Assembly (NCBI GenBank): GCA_002691465.1 | Contig: NZHP01000001.1 | Coordinates: 6,255 to 70,254 of the forward strand | Source of the DNA: Gammaproteobacteria bacterium | GTDB lineage: Bacteria > Pseudomonadota > Gammaproteobacteria > Steroidobacterales > UBA11654 | Direction: 5' to 3' | DNA length: 64,000 nt | Part shown: positions 30,672 through 42,529 of the stretch, piece after piece | Position numbering within the stretch: position 1 is the stretch's first letter | How the letters are laid out: each line of letters opens with the position of its first letter | The notes under the pieces: model-generated | What the model saw: the letters and a program-made list of their open reading frames with translations, nothing else | What the model was told of the DNA's origin: nothing | Databases searched by the model: none | Position numbers and translations under genes: made by a program

Positions 30672-31166
30672 ATGAGTGAAGTACTGACAACTGAAACAAT
30701 TAAGGAAATTGACCATTGGCTCAGCAAATTTCCAGTAGGGAAGCAACGTTCCGCAATCATTGGATCTCTTCATGCGGCACAACATCAAAATCATGGTTTT
30801 TTAACATCTGAACTTATGGATGCAGTGGCAGCATATATTGATGTGCCAAAAATTCAGGTCTACGAGGTTGCAACTTTCTATTCAATGTTTCAGACAAAAA
30901 ACGTCGGCAAGCATGAGATTTCCATATGCACAAATATTTCATGCATGCTAAGAGGCTCCGATGAGATCCTCAGTCACGTCGAAAAAAGACTTGGGATTGA
31001 TGTCGGTGAATCGACATCGGACGGAAACATTTTCTTAAAACAAGAAGAAGAATGTCTGGCAGCATGCACAGGAGCGCCAATGATGATGGTGGACCATGTT
31101 TATATTGAAAATCTTGATATAAAAACAGTCGATGAGATTTTAGACAGACTGGAAGGAAAGTCGTGA
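30672..31166 (+). CDS. nuoE: NADH-quinone oxidoreductase subunit E
   Basis: 164 aa. 2Fe-2S cysteines in ISICTNISCML ... CLAACTGAP. Confidence 0.93.
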   Translation: MSEVLTTETIKEIDHWLSKFPVGKQRSAIIGSLHAAQHQNHGFLTSELMDAVAAYIDVPKIQVYEVATFYSMFQTKNVGKHEISICTNISCMLRGSDEILSHVEKRLGIDVGESTSDGNIFLKQEEECLAACTGAPMMMVDHVYIENLDIKTVDEILDRLEGKS

Positions 31167-32446
31167 GTAGATACAATCAGGTCATATACGCAAACATCAA
31201 TGAATCAAACTCATGGACACTCGATGAGTATCTCAAACAAGGTGGCTATTCTGTATGGAAGCAGATCCTTTCCGACCAATCGAACAAAACTAGTGAATGG
31301 GTCATTGAAGAAGTTAAGAAGTCAGGGCTTAGAGGCAGAGGAGGGGCTGGCTTCCCAACCGGTCTAAAATGGAGTTTCATGCCTAAAAATGATGACCAAA
31401 AATACATTGTCTGTAATTCTGATGAAAGCGAACCAGGAACTTGCCACGACAGAGACATTCTTAAATACAACCCACATGCGTTGGTCGAAGGAATGGCAAT
31501 TGCTGGGTATGCAATTGGAGCAACAGTTGGATACAACTACGTCAGAGGTGAATTCATGCTTGAATGTTACCCTCGCATTGATGCCGCTGTTAAGGATGCA
31601 TACGATGCAGGTTTATTGGGTGTCAATGTTTTGGATTCGGGTATAGATTTTGACTTATATAATTTCCTCGGTGCCGGTGCATATATATGCGGTGAAGAGA
31701 CAGGACTTCTCGAGTCACTGGAGGGCAAACAAGGAAAACCTCGATTCAAACCACCATTTCCAGCAAATTACGGCTTGTATGGTAAACCCACAACTGTCAA
31801 TAACACTCAAACCCTTGCTACCATCCCAAAAATACTCGAAAAAGGTGCAAAATGGTACGCCGACTTTGGCACTGAAAAATCACCTGGAACATTGATCTTT
31901 TCCATATCTGGCCACGTGAATAAGCCGGGTAATTATGAACTGCCTCTAGGAATTTCTTTCGAAGAAGTCATTGATCTGGCTGGAGGCGTTCTCGATGGAA
32001 AAAAATTAAAAGCCGTAATACCAGGCGGATCGTCCACAAAAGTACTGCCCGCTGAAATCATACAAAACTGCACCATGGATTATGAGTCCCTTCAAGATGC
32101 AGACTCTGCTTTGGGAACCGGGGCAATGGTCGTAATTTCCGAAGGGACATGCATGGTCGAACTTCTGAAAAGAATATCTCGCTTTTATTACGCAGAAAGT
32201 TGCGGGCAATGCACTCCATGTAGAGAAGGAACTGGATGGCTTTATCGAATTCTTGATCGAATCACTAACGGTCAAGGCAAAGCGAGTGACTTGGCTTTGC
32301 TCGTGGATGTGGCCGGTCGTATAGAAGGAAATACTATTTGCGCATTTGGAGATGCATCAGCTTGGCCTGTTCAGAGCTTTATTAAACATTATCATCATGA
32401 ATTTGAGTACATGATTCAGAACAAAGGTAAGACCTTGGCAGCATAA
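31163..32446 (+). CDS. nuoF: NADH-quinone oxidoreductase subunit F
   Basis: GLRGRGGAGFPTG, GAGAYICGEETGLLESLEG and ESCGQCTPCREG motifs. Confidence 0.97.
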   Translation: MSRYNQVIYANINESNSWTLDEYLKQGGYSVWKQILSDQSNKTSEWVIEEVKKSGLRGRGGAGFPTGLKWSFMPKNDDQKYIVCNSDESEPGTCHDRDILKYNPHALVEGMAIAGYAIGATVGYNYVRGEFMLECYPRIDAAVKDAYDAGLLGVNVLDSGIDFDLYNFLGAGAYICGEETGLLESLEGKQGKPRFKPPFPANYGLYGKPTTVNNTQTLATIPKILEKGAKWYADFGTEKSPGTLIFSISGHVNKPGNYELPLGISFEEVIDLAGGVLDGKKLKAVIPGGSSTKVLPAEIIQNCTMDYESLQDADSALGTGAMVVISEGTCMVELLKRISRFYYAESCGQCTPCREGTGWLYRILDRITNGQGKASDLALLVDVAGRIEGNTICAFGDASAWPVQSFIKHYHHEFEYMIQNKGKTLAA

Positions 32447-34581
32447 TGAGTGATAATAAAAAAATTATTGTTACCATCGATGGAATTGAACATGAGGCTC
32501 AACAGGGCCAAATGTTAATCGAACTGACCGATCAAACAGGCACATATGTGCCTCGATTTTGTTATCACGAAAAACTATCCATTGCTGCTAATTGCAGAAT
32601 GTGTCTTGTAGAAGTAGAAAACTCAAACAATGCTCTTCCAGCGTGTGCAACGCCAGTAATTGACGGGATGGTTGTAAAAACAAAATCAAAATCTGCAAAG
32701 ACAGCTCAAGAATCTACCATGGAATTCTTACTGATTAATCATCCGCTCGATTGCCCTATATGTGACCAAGGTGGTGAGTGTGAGCTGCAAGATTTGGCAT
32801 ACACATATGGAAAAAACCAATCCCGATTTGATATACAAAAACAAACAAAAAAGAATGACGATCTTGGGCCACTGGTATCAACGGACATGACCCGATGCAT
32901 CATGTGCACAAGGTGTGTTCGGTTTGGTACAGAAATTGCAGGCATTCAGGAGCTTGGAACAATTGGTAGAGGCGAGGATTCCAATATCAGCACATACGTT
33001 TCTCAAACAGTGGACCATGAACTCTCAGGCAATATCATCGATTTGTGCCCTGTTGGGGCTCTGAATAACAAACCCTATCGATACACTGACAGAACATGGG
33101 AATTGGACCAAGTTGAAAGCATTTCACCTCATGACTGCATTGGAACAAACATCATGGTGCATAAGAAAGATGACATCATTCGCAGAATCGTCCCAAAAAA
33201 TAATCCAGACATAAATGAAGCATGGATAGCGGACAGAGATCGTTTTGGATTCGATGGCATTTATTCTGAAGACAGAGTATCCAATGCTTTGATCAAGTCT
33301 GATAAAGACTTTGATGAATCAAAATTGTCTAATGCAATTGATCAAGTTGTTGAACACATTCGATCCTGCGAAAACGAGAATCGTTCAATTGCTGTCTTAT
33401 TTTCCCCAAGTTCATCCACAGAAGAACAATACCTTCTGTCAGATTTATGTCATCAACTAGGAATCACAGCGATAGATTCAAGGCTACGACAGGGTGAATT
33501 TATAAATGATTTGGATAGACGCTTTACTCCACATATGAATATCACATTGTCAGAAGTTGATACCATGAAAAATACTCTAGTTATTGGCTCGGATCTGAGA
33601 AAAGAAACACCCATACTGGCTCATCGTGTAAAGAAATCAGCTGACAGTGGAGCACTGATTCATTCTATCAATGCTCATTCATCTGAATATCATTTTAAAA
33701 TTGATCAGGATCTTTCAACTGATAATTGGGTGAATAATATTGGATTAGTGCTCAAGGCCGCAATCAACCTGACAAAAAATCATTTGCCAAACAATATTGC
33801 CGATCACCTTGACCTCCTTGATGAACCGACTGCAGAGCATGAAAAAGTTGCGGCATCAATGTGTCAGGATAACTCACTCATCATATTGGGTTTGAATGCT
33901 TACTCAAATCACAAATATCAACTCATAAGATCATACGTTCATATATTGGCATCTGTTTGCAAGACTAATCTCTGCGAACTATCCGAAGGCTCCAATACAA
34001 TAGGCGCATCGATTCATCACACAATCAATGACGGAGCTGAAAATATCCAAAATACCTCTGAAATTCTTCAGTCAAAGCATGATCTATTGATTATGTATGG
34101 CTTTGAGCCAAATGACACAATTTATAAGAATGAATTGATTGAGTGCATGAAATCTGCAAATAGTCTGGTTGTTTTTACGCCCTACATGAATGAGCATTTC
34201 CAGCAATACGCAGACATCGTAATTCCAATAAACACACATTATGAAAGCGATGGCTCAATGATCAATCTTGAATTAAGAAACCAGACATTCAATCACAATC
34301 AGATTGTTAGCTCAGATCAATTTAGTAATGTCGAGGTTTTGATGTCGCTCTATCAGGGCATGGATATGCAGTCAAAATCAATCGATGAGATTAATGAATC
34401 AATTCAAAAAGGAATAGAGATCATCATGAATTCGTCTGAAAGAATTTCACTCATTCCAAAAGTCACACAAGCAAAACCAATAGCTGAAAGTGCAATAGAA
34501 TTCAATATGTACAATATTGACAATGTTCTGAGACGATCAAAGCCACTTCAGCAAACCAAAGAAGGCATTGGCAAAGAATGA
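32446..34581 (+). CDS. nuoG: NADH-quinone oxidoreductase subunit G
   Basis: 711 aa. [37 protein letters not shown] and [13 protein letters not shown] Fe-S motifs. Confidence 0.95.
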   Translation: MSDNKKIIVTIDGIEHEAQQGQMLIELTDQTGTYVPRFCYHEKLSIAANCRMCLVEVENSNNALPACATPVIDGMVVKTKSKSAKTAQESTMEFLLINHPLDCPICDQGGECELQDLAYTYGKNQSRFDIQKQTKKNDDLGPLVSTDMTRCIMCTRCVRFGTEIAGIQELGTIGRGEDSNISTYVSQTVDHELSGNIIDLCPVGALNNKPYRYTDRTWELDQVESISPHDCIGTNIMVHKKDDIIRRIVPKNNPDINEAWIADRDRFGFDGIYSEDRVSNALIKSDKDFDESKLSNAIDQVVEHIRSCENENRSIAVLFSPSSSTEEQYLLSDLCHQLGITAIDSRLRQGEFINDLDRRFTPHMNITLSEVDTMKNTLVIGSDLRKETPILAHRVKKSADSGALIHSINAHSSEYHFKIDQDLSTDNWVNNIGLVLKAAINLTKNHLPNNIADHLDLLDEPTAEHEKVAASMCQDNSLIILGLNAYSNHKYQLIRSYVHILASVCKTNLCELSEGSNTIGASIHHTINDGAENIQNTSEILQSKHDLLIMYGFEPNDTIYKNELIECMKSANSLVVFTPYMNEHFQQYADIVIPINTHYESDGSMINLELRNQTFNHNQIVSSDQFSNVEVLMSLYQGMDMQSKSIDEINESIQKGIEIIMNSSERISLIPKVTQAKPIAESAIEFNMYNIDNVLRRSKPLQQTKEGIGKE

Positions 34582-35645
34582 AAGAACTTCTAACATCATT
34601 TTTATCATTTCTAGATCCACAATGGATCAACCTGATATGGTCTTTGTTTCAAATCGCAATTGTCACTGTTTGTTTAATCTTAACCGTTGTTTTTTTGGTT
34701 TATTTTGAAAGGAAGGTAATTGGATACATGCATTCCAGAGTGGGGCCAAACAGGGTTGGACCAAAGGGTACACTTCAATCGATAGCCGATACAATTAAAC
34801 TGTTATTAAAAGAAGTCATCATCCCCGATAAAGCTGATCGATTCTTTTTTTTACTTTCGCCATTGTTGTTATTGATACCAGCGCTCGCGGCTTGGGCAGT
34901 GGTGCCATTTAGTCCCGAATTTATCATCGCTGACATCAATGCTGGATTGCTTTATTTATTGGCACTCACGTCATTTGGTGTTTACGGTGTCATCTTGGCT
35001 GGCTGGGCTTCTAACTCCAAGTATGCTTTTCTTGGGTCGATGAGGGCAGCGGCTCAGATGGTCGCATATGAAATTGCAATGGGATTTGCTTTGGTTGGTG
35101 TACTCATGGCTGGCGGCAGCTTAAAACTCGGTGAAATTGTTGCTGCACAATCTGGTGGCGTACTCAGCTGGTTCTGGATACCACTATTTCCACTATTCAT
35201 CGTTTACTTCATTTCCGGCATAGCGGAGACAAATCGTCATCCATTTGATCTCGCAGAGGGTGAAGCAGAGATTGTTGCTGGATTTCATGTTGAGTATTCA
35301 GGAATTGGGTTTGCGATCTTTTTTCTTGCTGAATACATCAATATGGCTCTGATATCTGTATTGACATCAATATTGTTCCTAGGGGGATGGGAAAGCTTCT
35401 TTGCTGGCATTTCATTCTTAGAAACATCAGGATTCTCTTTTTTAACAGAGCCGAGCTTGTTCTGGTTATTATTAAAAACTCTTTTCTTTTTGTTTGTCTT
35501 TATTTGGTTGAGAGCCTCATTTCCAAGATATAGATACGATCAGTTGATGTCACTGGGTTGGAAAGTGCTCATTCCAATCACAATCCTATGGATTGGAGTT
35601 GAATGCGTTATGTATGTCATGCAAATTGGTCCATGGAGCGTCTGA
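34578..35645 (+). CDS. nuoH: NADH-quinone oxidoreductase subunit H
   Basis: 355 aa and polytopic. [27 protein letters not shown] motif. Confidence 0.96.
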   Translation: MKELLTSFLSFLDPQWINLIWSLFQIAIVTVCLILTVVFLVYFERKVIGYMHSRVGPNRVGPKGTLQSIADTIKLLLKEVIIPDKADRFFFLLSPLLLLIPALAAWAVVPFSPEFIIADINAGLLYLLALTSFGVYGVILAGWASNSKYAFLGSMRAAAQMVAYEIAMGFALVGVLMAGGSLKLGEIVAAQSGGVLSWFWIPLFPLFIVYFISGIAETNRHPFDLAEGEAEIVAGFHVEYSGIGFAIFFLAEYINMALISVLTSILFLGGWESFFAGISFLETSGFSFLTEPSLFWLLLKTLFFLFVFIWLRASFPRYRYDQLMSLGWKVLIPITILWIGVECVMYVMQIGPWSV

Positions 35646-36130
35646 TGAAAATCATTCAACTTATTAAGAAACTGACACTAATAGATTTCATAAAAGGCTT
35701 CATTGTTACACTCAAAGCTTTTTTTCGACGCAAAGTAACCGTTCAATACCCAGAAGTGAAAACACCGCTTTCTCCAAGATTCAGAGGAAAGCTGGCTCTA
35801 ATGAGATATGACAACGGCGAAGAACGATGCATTGCATGTAAACTCTGTTCTGCTGTTTGCCCAGCACAAGCAATTACAATTGAATCTGAAGAAAGGACGG
35901 ACGGTTCTAGAAGAACTGTTAAATTCGACATCGACGCATTTAAATGCATTTACTGTGGATTTTGTGAAGAAGCTTGTCCCGTTGATTCTATTGTTGAGAC
36001 AAATATTTTCGAATACCACATGACGGAAAATCAGCAGAGGATTCAAACAAAAGAGATGCTGCTTGCAACCGGCGATCAATATCGAGATCAAACAATTGAA
36101 AACAAAAAGAAAGACTCGAGGTATAGATAA
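35645..36130 (+). CDS. nuoI: NADH-quinone oxidoreductase subunit I
   Basis: Start set to the ATG at 35645, overlapping the nuoH stop (TGATG). The ORF track starts at 35603. Two 4Fe-4S motifs, [12 protein letters not shown] and [12 protein letters not shown]. Confidence 0.94.
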   Translation: MKIIQLIKKLTLIDFIKGFIVTLKAFFRRKVTVQYPEVKTPLSPRFRGKLALMRYDNGEERCIACKLCSAVCPAQAITIESEERTDGSRRTVKFDIDAFKCIYCGFCEEACPVDSIVETNIFEYHMTENQQRIQTKEMLLATGDQYRDQTIENKKKDSRYR

Positions 36131-36730
36131 GTGCTGTTGGAGATAATATTTTATACATTTGCCTCCATACTCATTTGTGCTTCCTTGGGTGTGATTCTTT
36201 TTAAGAATCCAGTCTACTCCGCTGTATCCCTTATTTTGGCATTCATTACAACGGGAATGCTTTGGTTGTTGCTTGAAGCAGAGTTCTTGGCAATAGTTCT
36301 TGTGCTAGTCTATGTCGGTGCTGTAATGGTCTTATTTTTATTTGTCATCATGATGCTAAATATTCATCAGGAAGAAGAAAGATCCGGTTTTACTAAAATA
36401 GCACCGATTGCCATCTTTTTGGGCTTGGTTATAGCTGCAGAATTGATAGCATTATATTGGATTCAATCTGATCAATTCTCAGGATTGGAGTCGATCTCAA
36501 ACTCATCGTTATCTGTCGATAATACGCTGCTATTGGGAACGGAATTATTCACAAAATACATTCTTTCTTTTGAAATTGCTGGCTTCATTCTGCTTTTAGC
36601 AATTATTGTTTCAATATCTCTAACACTTCGAACAAGAAAGAATGTTAAGAAACAAATAGCAAGCGATCAAATCGCTGCCGATCCAAAACAAAGAGTGAGG
36701 ATGGTTGACATTAAAAGAGGTGAAAACTGA
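36131..36730 (+). CDS. nuoJ: NADH-quinone oxidoreductase subunit J
   Basis: 199 aa hydrophobic protein with a GTG start. Correct position in the operon. [18 protein letters not shown] segment. Confidence 0.9.
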   Translation: MLLEIIFYTFASILICASLGVILFKNPVYSAVSLILAFITTGMLWLLLEAEFLAIVLVLVYVGAVMVLFLFVIMMLNIHQEEERSGFTKIAPIAIFLGLVIAAELIALYWIQSDQFSGLESISNSSLSVDNTLLLGTELFTKYILSFEIAGFILLLAIIVSISLTLRTRKNVKKQIASDQIAADPKQRVRMVDIKRGEN

Positions 36731-37035
36731 TGCTTAGCTTGCAATCTTACCTAACCTTGTCTGCGATCATATTCTCAATCGGCATAACTGGCATTGTCAT
36801 CAATCGAAAAAACATCATCATTGTTATGATGTGTACGGAGTTATTATTGATATCTGTCAACTTTAATTTCATAGCATTTTCTCATTTCATGCAAGATCTA
36901 GCTGGACAGATATTTGTGTTCTTTATCCTTACCGTTGCAGCTGCTGAGGCAGCAATTGGTCTTGCAATCCTAGTTGCTTTATATCGCAACAAGAAATCAA
37001 TATCTGTTGGCGATCTGAATAAGTTGAGAAATTAA
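36730..37035 (+). CDS. nuoK: NADH-quinone oxidoreductase subunit K
   Basis: 101 aa, 3 TM helices, [17 protein letters not shown] motif. Confidence 0.93.
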   Translation: MLSLQSYLTLSAIIFSIGITGIVINRKNIIIVMMCTELLLISVNFNFIAFSHFMQDLAGQIFVFFILTVAAAEAAIGLAILVALYRNKKSISVGDLNKLRN

Positions 37036-37037
37036 AC

Positions 37038-38987
37038 ATGATCCTTGAATACAGTCTCGTTGCACTTTTATCACCTTTAATTGGTGGAGTATTGGCTGCG
37101 TTTCTTGGAAAACTACTCGGAAAAATCTTCGTTAATGTTGTCACCATATTAGGCGTGACTATATCTTTTGCTTTGTCGATCATCATTGCTCTCGATATCT
37201 TGGAGTCATCTGCTGTCCTCAACCAGAATATATATACTTGGCTGGATATTGGAAATATGTCTTTTCACATAGGTATTCTCATAGACAATCTCACAGCCAG
37301 CATGATGGTTGTTGTGACCTTTGTCTCATTGATGGTTCATGTCTATACGATCGGCTATATGCAGGATGATCCTGGTTATCATCGTTTTTTCTCATACATC
37401 AGTCTCTTTACCTTCTCAATGCTGAGCCTGGTAATGTCAAATAACTTCCTGCAATTATTCTTTGGTTGGGAAGCTGTGGGCGTGATGTCTTATCTTCTAA
37501 TTGGCTTTTGGTTCACCAAAGAATCTGCAATAAAAGCGAATCTAAAAGCTTTTATTGTTAATAGAGTGGGGGACTTATCTTTAATTCTAGGCATTGGAAT
37601 TATTTTTTCTATCATTGGATCACTGGATTACTATGCTGTATTTTCGCAGTCACAAAATATTGCACAAACAGAACTATACTTGAGCGATGCATGGTCCGTT
37701 TCTGCTTTAACGGCAGCTTGTATTTTATTATTTGGAGGAGCCATGGGTAAGTCGGCTCAAATGCCACTTCATGTATGGCTGCCAGATTCAATGGAAGGAC
37801 CGACGCCTATATCTGCACTGATACATGCTGCAACCATGGTTACTGCAGGTGTATTTTTACTTGCAAGAATGTCTCCATTGTTTGAGCTATCAACGACAGC
37901 GCTTTCATTTGTTCTCATTATCGGTGCTTCTACTGCACTATTCACTGGAATCCTGGGCCTAGTGCAAAATGATATTAAGAGAGTCATTGCTTATTCAACG
38001 CTCTCTCAACTGGGATACATGGTTGCTGCTGCCGGTGTTTCTGCTTACTCGGTTAGCTTGTTTCATTTGATGACTCATGCTTTTTTTAAAGCCTTGTTGT
38101 TTCTTGCAGCTGGGTCGGTCATCGTAGCATTGCATCACGAACAAGACATCAGGAAAATGGGCGGACTAAGGAGTAAATTGCCGATTACATATTTGACATT
38201 TTTGATCGGATCTTTGGCATTAATTGGCTTTCCTGGATTCTCTGGGTTTTTCTCAAAGGATGCTTTGATAGAAGCCATAGGACACGCTGATATCCTTGGA
38301 TCTGGATACGCATATGCGTCTGTTTTAATCGGTGTATTCATTACAGCATTGTATACATTTAGGCTCTTTTTCAAGGTGTTTCACGGAGCTCAGGATGACC
38401 ATCATCATGCTGTTAAAGAGTCGCCCCTATCGATTACTCTGCCTTTGATCTTATTGGCTATTCCGTCTGCAATCGTTGCATGGCCTACGGTGGGTCCAAT
38501 GGTGTTCGGCTCTTACTTTGCTAATAGCATCTCACAACCCGATGCATATCAGATTTTTGGATATGAATTTACAACTGCTTTCGGCTTTCTGGTCCATGCA
38601 TTCTCTAGTCCAGTGATATACATTGCAGTATTTGGGGTCTTAACTGCATATGTTTTATATATCTACAAACCGAGCATTCTTGAAAATAAATATCTTGAGT
38701 CTTCTTTCATTTATCGCCTTTTAGATAACAAATATTACTTTGACGATATATATGAAAATGTATTAGCTAAAAAAGCTCGGAATATTGGCCATCTTTTATG
38801 GACGATAGGTGATGTAAAAACTATTGATAACTGGATTGTCAATGGAACAGCATACAGGATTGGAAATATTGCGAATCGCATTAAAGTCATCCAATCAGGC
38901 TATATTTACCATTACGCCCTTATGATGATTCTGGGGCTGGCAATATTTTTGGGATGGACAATATTAAATGTGGGAGTTTCATCATGA
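37038..38987 (+). CDS. nuoL: NADH-quinone oxidoreductase subunit L
   Basis: 649 aa antiporter-like subunit. FGWEAVGVMSYLLIGFW and KSAQMPLHVWLPDSMEGPTPISALIHAATMV. Confidence 0.96.
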   Translation: MILEYSLVALLSPLIGGVLAAFLGKLLGKIFVNVVTILGVTISFALSIIIALDILESSAVLNQNIYTWLDIGNMSFHIGILIDNLTASMMVVVTFVSLMVHVYTIGYMQDDPGYHRFFSYISLFTFSMLSLVMSNNFLQLFFGWEAVGVMSYLLIGFWFTKESAIKANLKAFIVNRVGDLSLILGIGIIFSIIGSLDYYAVFSQSQNIAQTELYLSDAWSVSALTAACILLFGGAMGKSAQMPLHVWLPDSMEGPTPISALIHAATMVTAGVFLLARMSPLFELSTTALSFVLIIGASTALFTGILGLVQNDIKRVIAYSTLSQLGYMVAAAGVSAYSVSLFHLMTHAFFKALLFLAAGSVIVALHHEQDIRKMGGLRSKLPITYLTFLIGSLALIGFPGFSGFFSKDALIEAIGHADILGSGYAYASVLIGVFITALYTFRLFFKVFHGAQDDHHHAVKESPLSITLPLILLAIPSAIVAWPTVGPMVFGSYFANSISQPDAYQIFGYEFTTAFGFLVHAFSSPVIYIAVFGVLTAYVLYIYKPSILENKYLESSFIYRLLDNKYYFDDIYENVLAKKARNIGHLLWTIGDVKTIDNWIVNGTAYRIGNIANRIKVIQSGYIYHYALMMILGLAIFLGWTILNVGVSS

Positions 38988-40483
38988 TACTTGATTTGAT
39001 GATTTGGTCTCCTGTCATAGTCGGGCTAATATTACTGTTGATTGGCAAAAATACCGCATCACTTTCCTACTGGATATCGTTAGCAACATCATTACTCGTA
39101 TTTGGTATGAGTATGTATGCTTTATCAATGTTTAAGACTGATCAAGTCGGTATTCAATTTGAATTAATTGCTCCGTGGATAGAACGATTCAATATAAATT
39201 ATCATCTTGGCATTGACGGGATTTCTTTCCCTCTTATCCTTCTCACCACATTCATTACACCCATCGTTTTATTAACTGCCAGAACCTCAAATAAAATCAA
39301 TCTTCACCAATACTTGGCTTCTTTCCTCATATTAGAAGGTTTAATGATAGGCGTATTCAGTGCACTGGACGCTTTCCTATTTTATGTTTTCTGGGAAGCA
39401 ATGCTGATTCCAATGTTTATCATCATAGGAATCTGGGGTGGAGAAAATCGTGTATATGCAACCATAAAGTTCTTTCTATACACCTTCCTTGGCTCAGTTT
39501 TTATGCTGATCGCAATCATCTATCTCTACATAAGCACTGGATCTTATTCCATCTTTGATTTTTATAATCTTGATCTATCCAGAATGGAACAGATCTTAAT
39601 ATTTTTGGCATTTTTGTTCGCATTCGCCGTCAAAATACCAATGTGGCCAGTACATACATGGTTACCGGACGCACATGTTGAAGCACCTACTGGCGGATCC
39701 GTAATTCTTGCAGCAATACTTCTTAAAATGGGCGGCTATGGTTTACTGCGATTCAGCTTGCCGATCACACCTGCCGCATCCAATGAGTTGTCCATGCTTA
39801 TGGTTGCCTTGTCTCTGATCGCTATTATCTATATCGGTATGGTTGCTTTATCACAAACAGACATGAAAAAACTGATCGCTTATTCATCGGTTGCTCATAT
39901 GGGCTTTGTAACACTCGGTATTTTTGTTGTTTTTCTTAATCATGAAAACGCCTCAATAGACAATATGAATATAGCCATCAGTGGTGCAATGATACAGATG
40001 ATTTCTCATGGATTGATATCCGGCGCTTTGTTTCTATGCATTGGTGTAATGTATGACCGTATACACAGTAGAGAAATAAATGATTATGGCGGCGTTGCAT
40101 TGTCGATGCCACGATTTGCTGGTCTGATGGTCTTTTTTGCTCTATCGAATGCTGCATTGCCTGGAACTTCAGGTTTTGTTGGCGAGGTGTTGGTCATACT
40201 CGCCAGTTTGAAAGTCAACTTCTGGATTGCATTATTATCTAGCACTACATTAGTGATTGGTGCTGCATATACGCTTTGGATGATTAAAAGAGTTATTTTT
40301 GGACCAATTACCAACGAAAAAATCAACAATGTCCGAGACACTTCTCCCGTCGAATTTATTCCGCTTATAATTCTTGCATTCATGGTTTTGGCCATGGGTG
40401 TTTACCCAGAGCCACTTATGAAACTGATGTATATTACTCTCAATGATCTTTCTGAGCTTGTATTTACAGGAGTAGGCTTATGA
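38984..40483 (+). CDS. nuoM: NADH-quinone oxidoreductase subunit M
   Basis: Start set to the ATG at 38984, overlapping the nuoL stop (ATGA). The ORF track starts at 38954. Contains KIPMWPVHTWLPDAHVEAPTGGSVILAA. Confidence 0.95.
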   Translation: MILDLMIWSPVIVGLILLLIGKNTASLSYWISLATSLLVFGMSMYALSMFKTDQVGIQFELIAPWIERFNINYHLGIDGISFPLILLTTFITPIVLLTARTSNKINLHQYLASFLILEGLMIGVFSALDAFLFYVFWEAMLIPMFIIIGIWGGENRVYATIKFFLYTFLGSVFMLIAIIYLYISTGSYSIFDFYNLDLSRMEQILIFLAFLFAFAVKIPMWPVHTWLPDAHVEAPTGGSVILAAILLKMGGYGLLRFSLPITPAASNELSMLMVALSLIAIIYIGMVALSQTDMKKLIAYSSVAHMGFVTLGIFVVFLNHENASIDNMNIAISGAMIQMISHGLISGALFLCIGVMYDRIHSREINDYGGVALSMPRFAGLMVFFALSNAALPGTSGFVGEVLVILASLKVNFWIALLSSTTLVIGAAYTLWMIKRVIFGPITNEKINNVRDTSPVEFIPLIILAFMVLAMGVYPEPLMKLMYITLNDLSELVFTGVGL

Positions 40484-41913
40484 CTTTTAATATAATCGGA
40501 TCAATATTGCCAGAAGTCACTATTGCCATTGCTATTTGCATCGTAATACTAGTCAACAGCTTGGTAAGAAATGCCTCTGTTACACTTATACATTCGCTAG
40601 TTTTATTCTTTTTATCCTTTGCATTATTTCTTTCTTTTGTCAGTTTGGAACTACCGGATAGCAATATTTTTGAAGGACATTATGTGATTGATGCCTTCGG
40701 GACGAATCTAAAAATCATTGCACTGATTGCAGCAATATTTGTTCACTTAACATCTATCAAATCGAAACAAAACATTAAGAACGAGATTTTCCTAATTCAA
40801 TTGTTTGCAACATTGGGTGTAATGATCCTCTGTTCAGCTCACAATCTACTGACTGTTTACCTTGGTCTTGAAACCTTAACTTTATCAATGTACGGGATTG
40901 TTGCCTCAAACAGAAACTCCATCGAAGCAACAGAATCAGCCATGAAGTTTTTTATACTTGGCGCCATAGCATCAGCAATATTTCTCTATGGCGTATCAAT
41001 ACTTTACGGTGTTACCGGAACATTGTCACTCGATCTAATAGAAAACTCGAAACTCTTAGATTCACTGGAAATGAGAATTGCAGTGGCTTTTATGGCATGC
41101 GGGATTATATTTAAATTTGGTGCTTTTCCATTCCATAGTTGGGTTCCTGACTCTTACCAAGGTTCTAATACCACAGCAGCAATTTATATTTCTTCGGTTC
41201 CTAAGATTGGAGCCTTTGCATTGATAGCTCGATTATTCTTAGATTCGCTGAATGCCATTAGTGATTTTTGGTCAATCTTGATTCTATCAGCCGGTCTCTT
41301 ATCTATAATCATTGGAAATATGATTGCATTGGTGCAAGTGAATCTCAGAAGAATGTTGGCTTACTCGGCAATCGGCCACATAGGGTTTGTTCTTTTATCA
41401 TTCTCAATTGTAAATCCTAATGGCGTCAGTGCATCAATGACTTATTTAATCATGTATCTCATTATGACAATCGCAGTCTTTGCACTCATTGAATCAATTG
41501 CATCAGAAGATCATCAACACATAGAATTAGGCGACCTAAAAGGTTTAAGTAAGTCACATCCATTGATAGCATTCATGCTTTTATTTTGTATGTTTAGTAT
41601 GGTTGGAATACCTCCATTCATTGGATTTTATGCAAAATGGATAGTTCTCTCTGAATTGGTCAACAATGATATGATCTGGTTTGCTCTAATTGGGGTAACT
41701 ATGTCTGTTATTGCTGCATATTATTATCTAAGAGTCGTATGGTTTATGTATTTTGAAAATAACGATCAAGATATAGAAAACAAAGGGGTTATAAATACAC
41801 AATCCATAACAAGCATAATGATATCAGCTATGCTTCTTTTGATTGGGCTTTATCCCAGTCCAGTCATTGATTATACACGCCGCATAATTTCTTCATTTTT
41901 ATTGATAGATTAA
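40480..41913 (+). CDS. nuoN: NADH-quinone oxidoreductase subunit N
   Basis: 477 aa antiporter-like subunit. FKFGAFPFHSWVPDSYQGSNT. Last gene of the array. Confidence 0.95.
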   Translation: MTFNIIGSILPEVTIAIAICIVILVNSLVRNASVTLIHSLVLFFLSFALFLSFVSLELPDSNIFEGHYVIDAFGTNLKIIALIAAIFVHLTSIKSKQNIKNEIFLIQLFATLGVMILCSAHNLLTVYLGLETLTLSMYGIVASNRNSIEATESAMKFFILGAIASAIFLYGVSILYGVTGTLSLDLIENSKLLDSLEMRIAVAFMACGIIFKFGAFPFHSWVPDSYQGSNTTAAIYISSVPKIGAFALIARLFLDSLNAISDFWSILILSAGLLSIIIGNMIALVQVNLRRMLAYSAIGHIGFVLLSFSIVNPNGVSASMTYLIMYLIMTIAVFALIESIASEDHQHIELGDLKGLSKSHPLIAFMLLFCMFSMVGIPPFIGFYAKWIVLSELVNNDMIWFALIGVTMSVIAAYYYLRVVWFMYFENNDQDIENKGVINTQSITSIMISAMLLLIGLYPSPVIDYTRRIISSFLLID

Positions 41914-41942
41914 TTAAAAAAGATTAGTATCTTCCTCACAGA

Positions 41943-42019
<77 letters not shown>

Positions 42020-42029
42020 TTCTTTGGTT

Positions 42030-42052
42030 AGGCCCCATCTGGGGCTTTTTTT
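42030..42052 (+). terminator. rho-independent terminator/attenuator after tRNA-fMet
   Basis: GGCCCC-ATCT-GGGGCT hairpin (42031-42046) followed by a T-tract to 42052. Confidence 0.7.
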
Positions 42053-42062
42053 GTATTGAGAC

Positions 42063-42515
42063 ATGGAAGAAAAAGGGAAAAATTTAGAACATACTTTGCG
42101 TGAGCAAATAGAAAGAAAAGGATATGACTTGATTGAAATCGAGCAACATAGTCTTAGAAAAGGGCTTAAGATGATACTTTTTATTGATCATGATAATGGC
42201 ATAGGAATTGATGACTGTGTATCGGTGTCAAAAGCAGCCGAAGTGATCATTGATGAATTTATTGATCCCGAAAGTTATGAATTAGAGGTTTCATCTCCAG
42301 GTCTTGATAGGAAATTAATTAAGAAAGAGGATTATGATCGATTTATTGGTAAGACAATTAAGATCAAATTAAAAGATAAATTAAATGATCGTAAGAACTT
42401 CAAAGGATTGCTTACTGATCGAAGAGGGGACTTGGTGATATTGGAGGATGATCAAGTATTTGAAATCCCAATGGATAAAATCGATATTTGTCGAATTGTT
42501 CCACAATTTAACTAA
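42063..42515 (+). CDS. rimP: ribosome maturation factor RimP
   Basis: 150 aa. LEVSSPGLDRKL motif. Conserved position before nusA. Confidence 0.9.
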   Translation: MEEKGKNLEHTLREQIERKGYDLIEIEQHSLRKGLKMILFIDHDNGIGIDDCVSVSKAAEVIIDEFIDPESYELEVSSPGLDRKLIKKEDYDRFIGKTIKIKLKDKLNDRKNFKGLLTDRRGDLVILEDDQVFEIPMDKIDICRIVPQFN

Positions 42516-42529
42516 AGAGGTAAATTTAA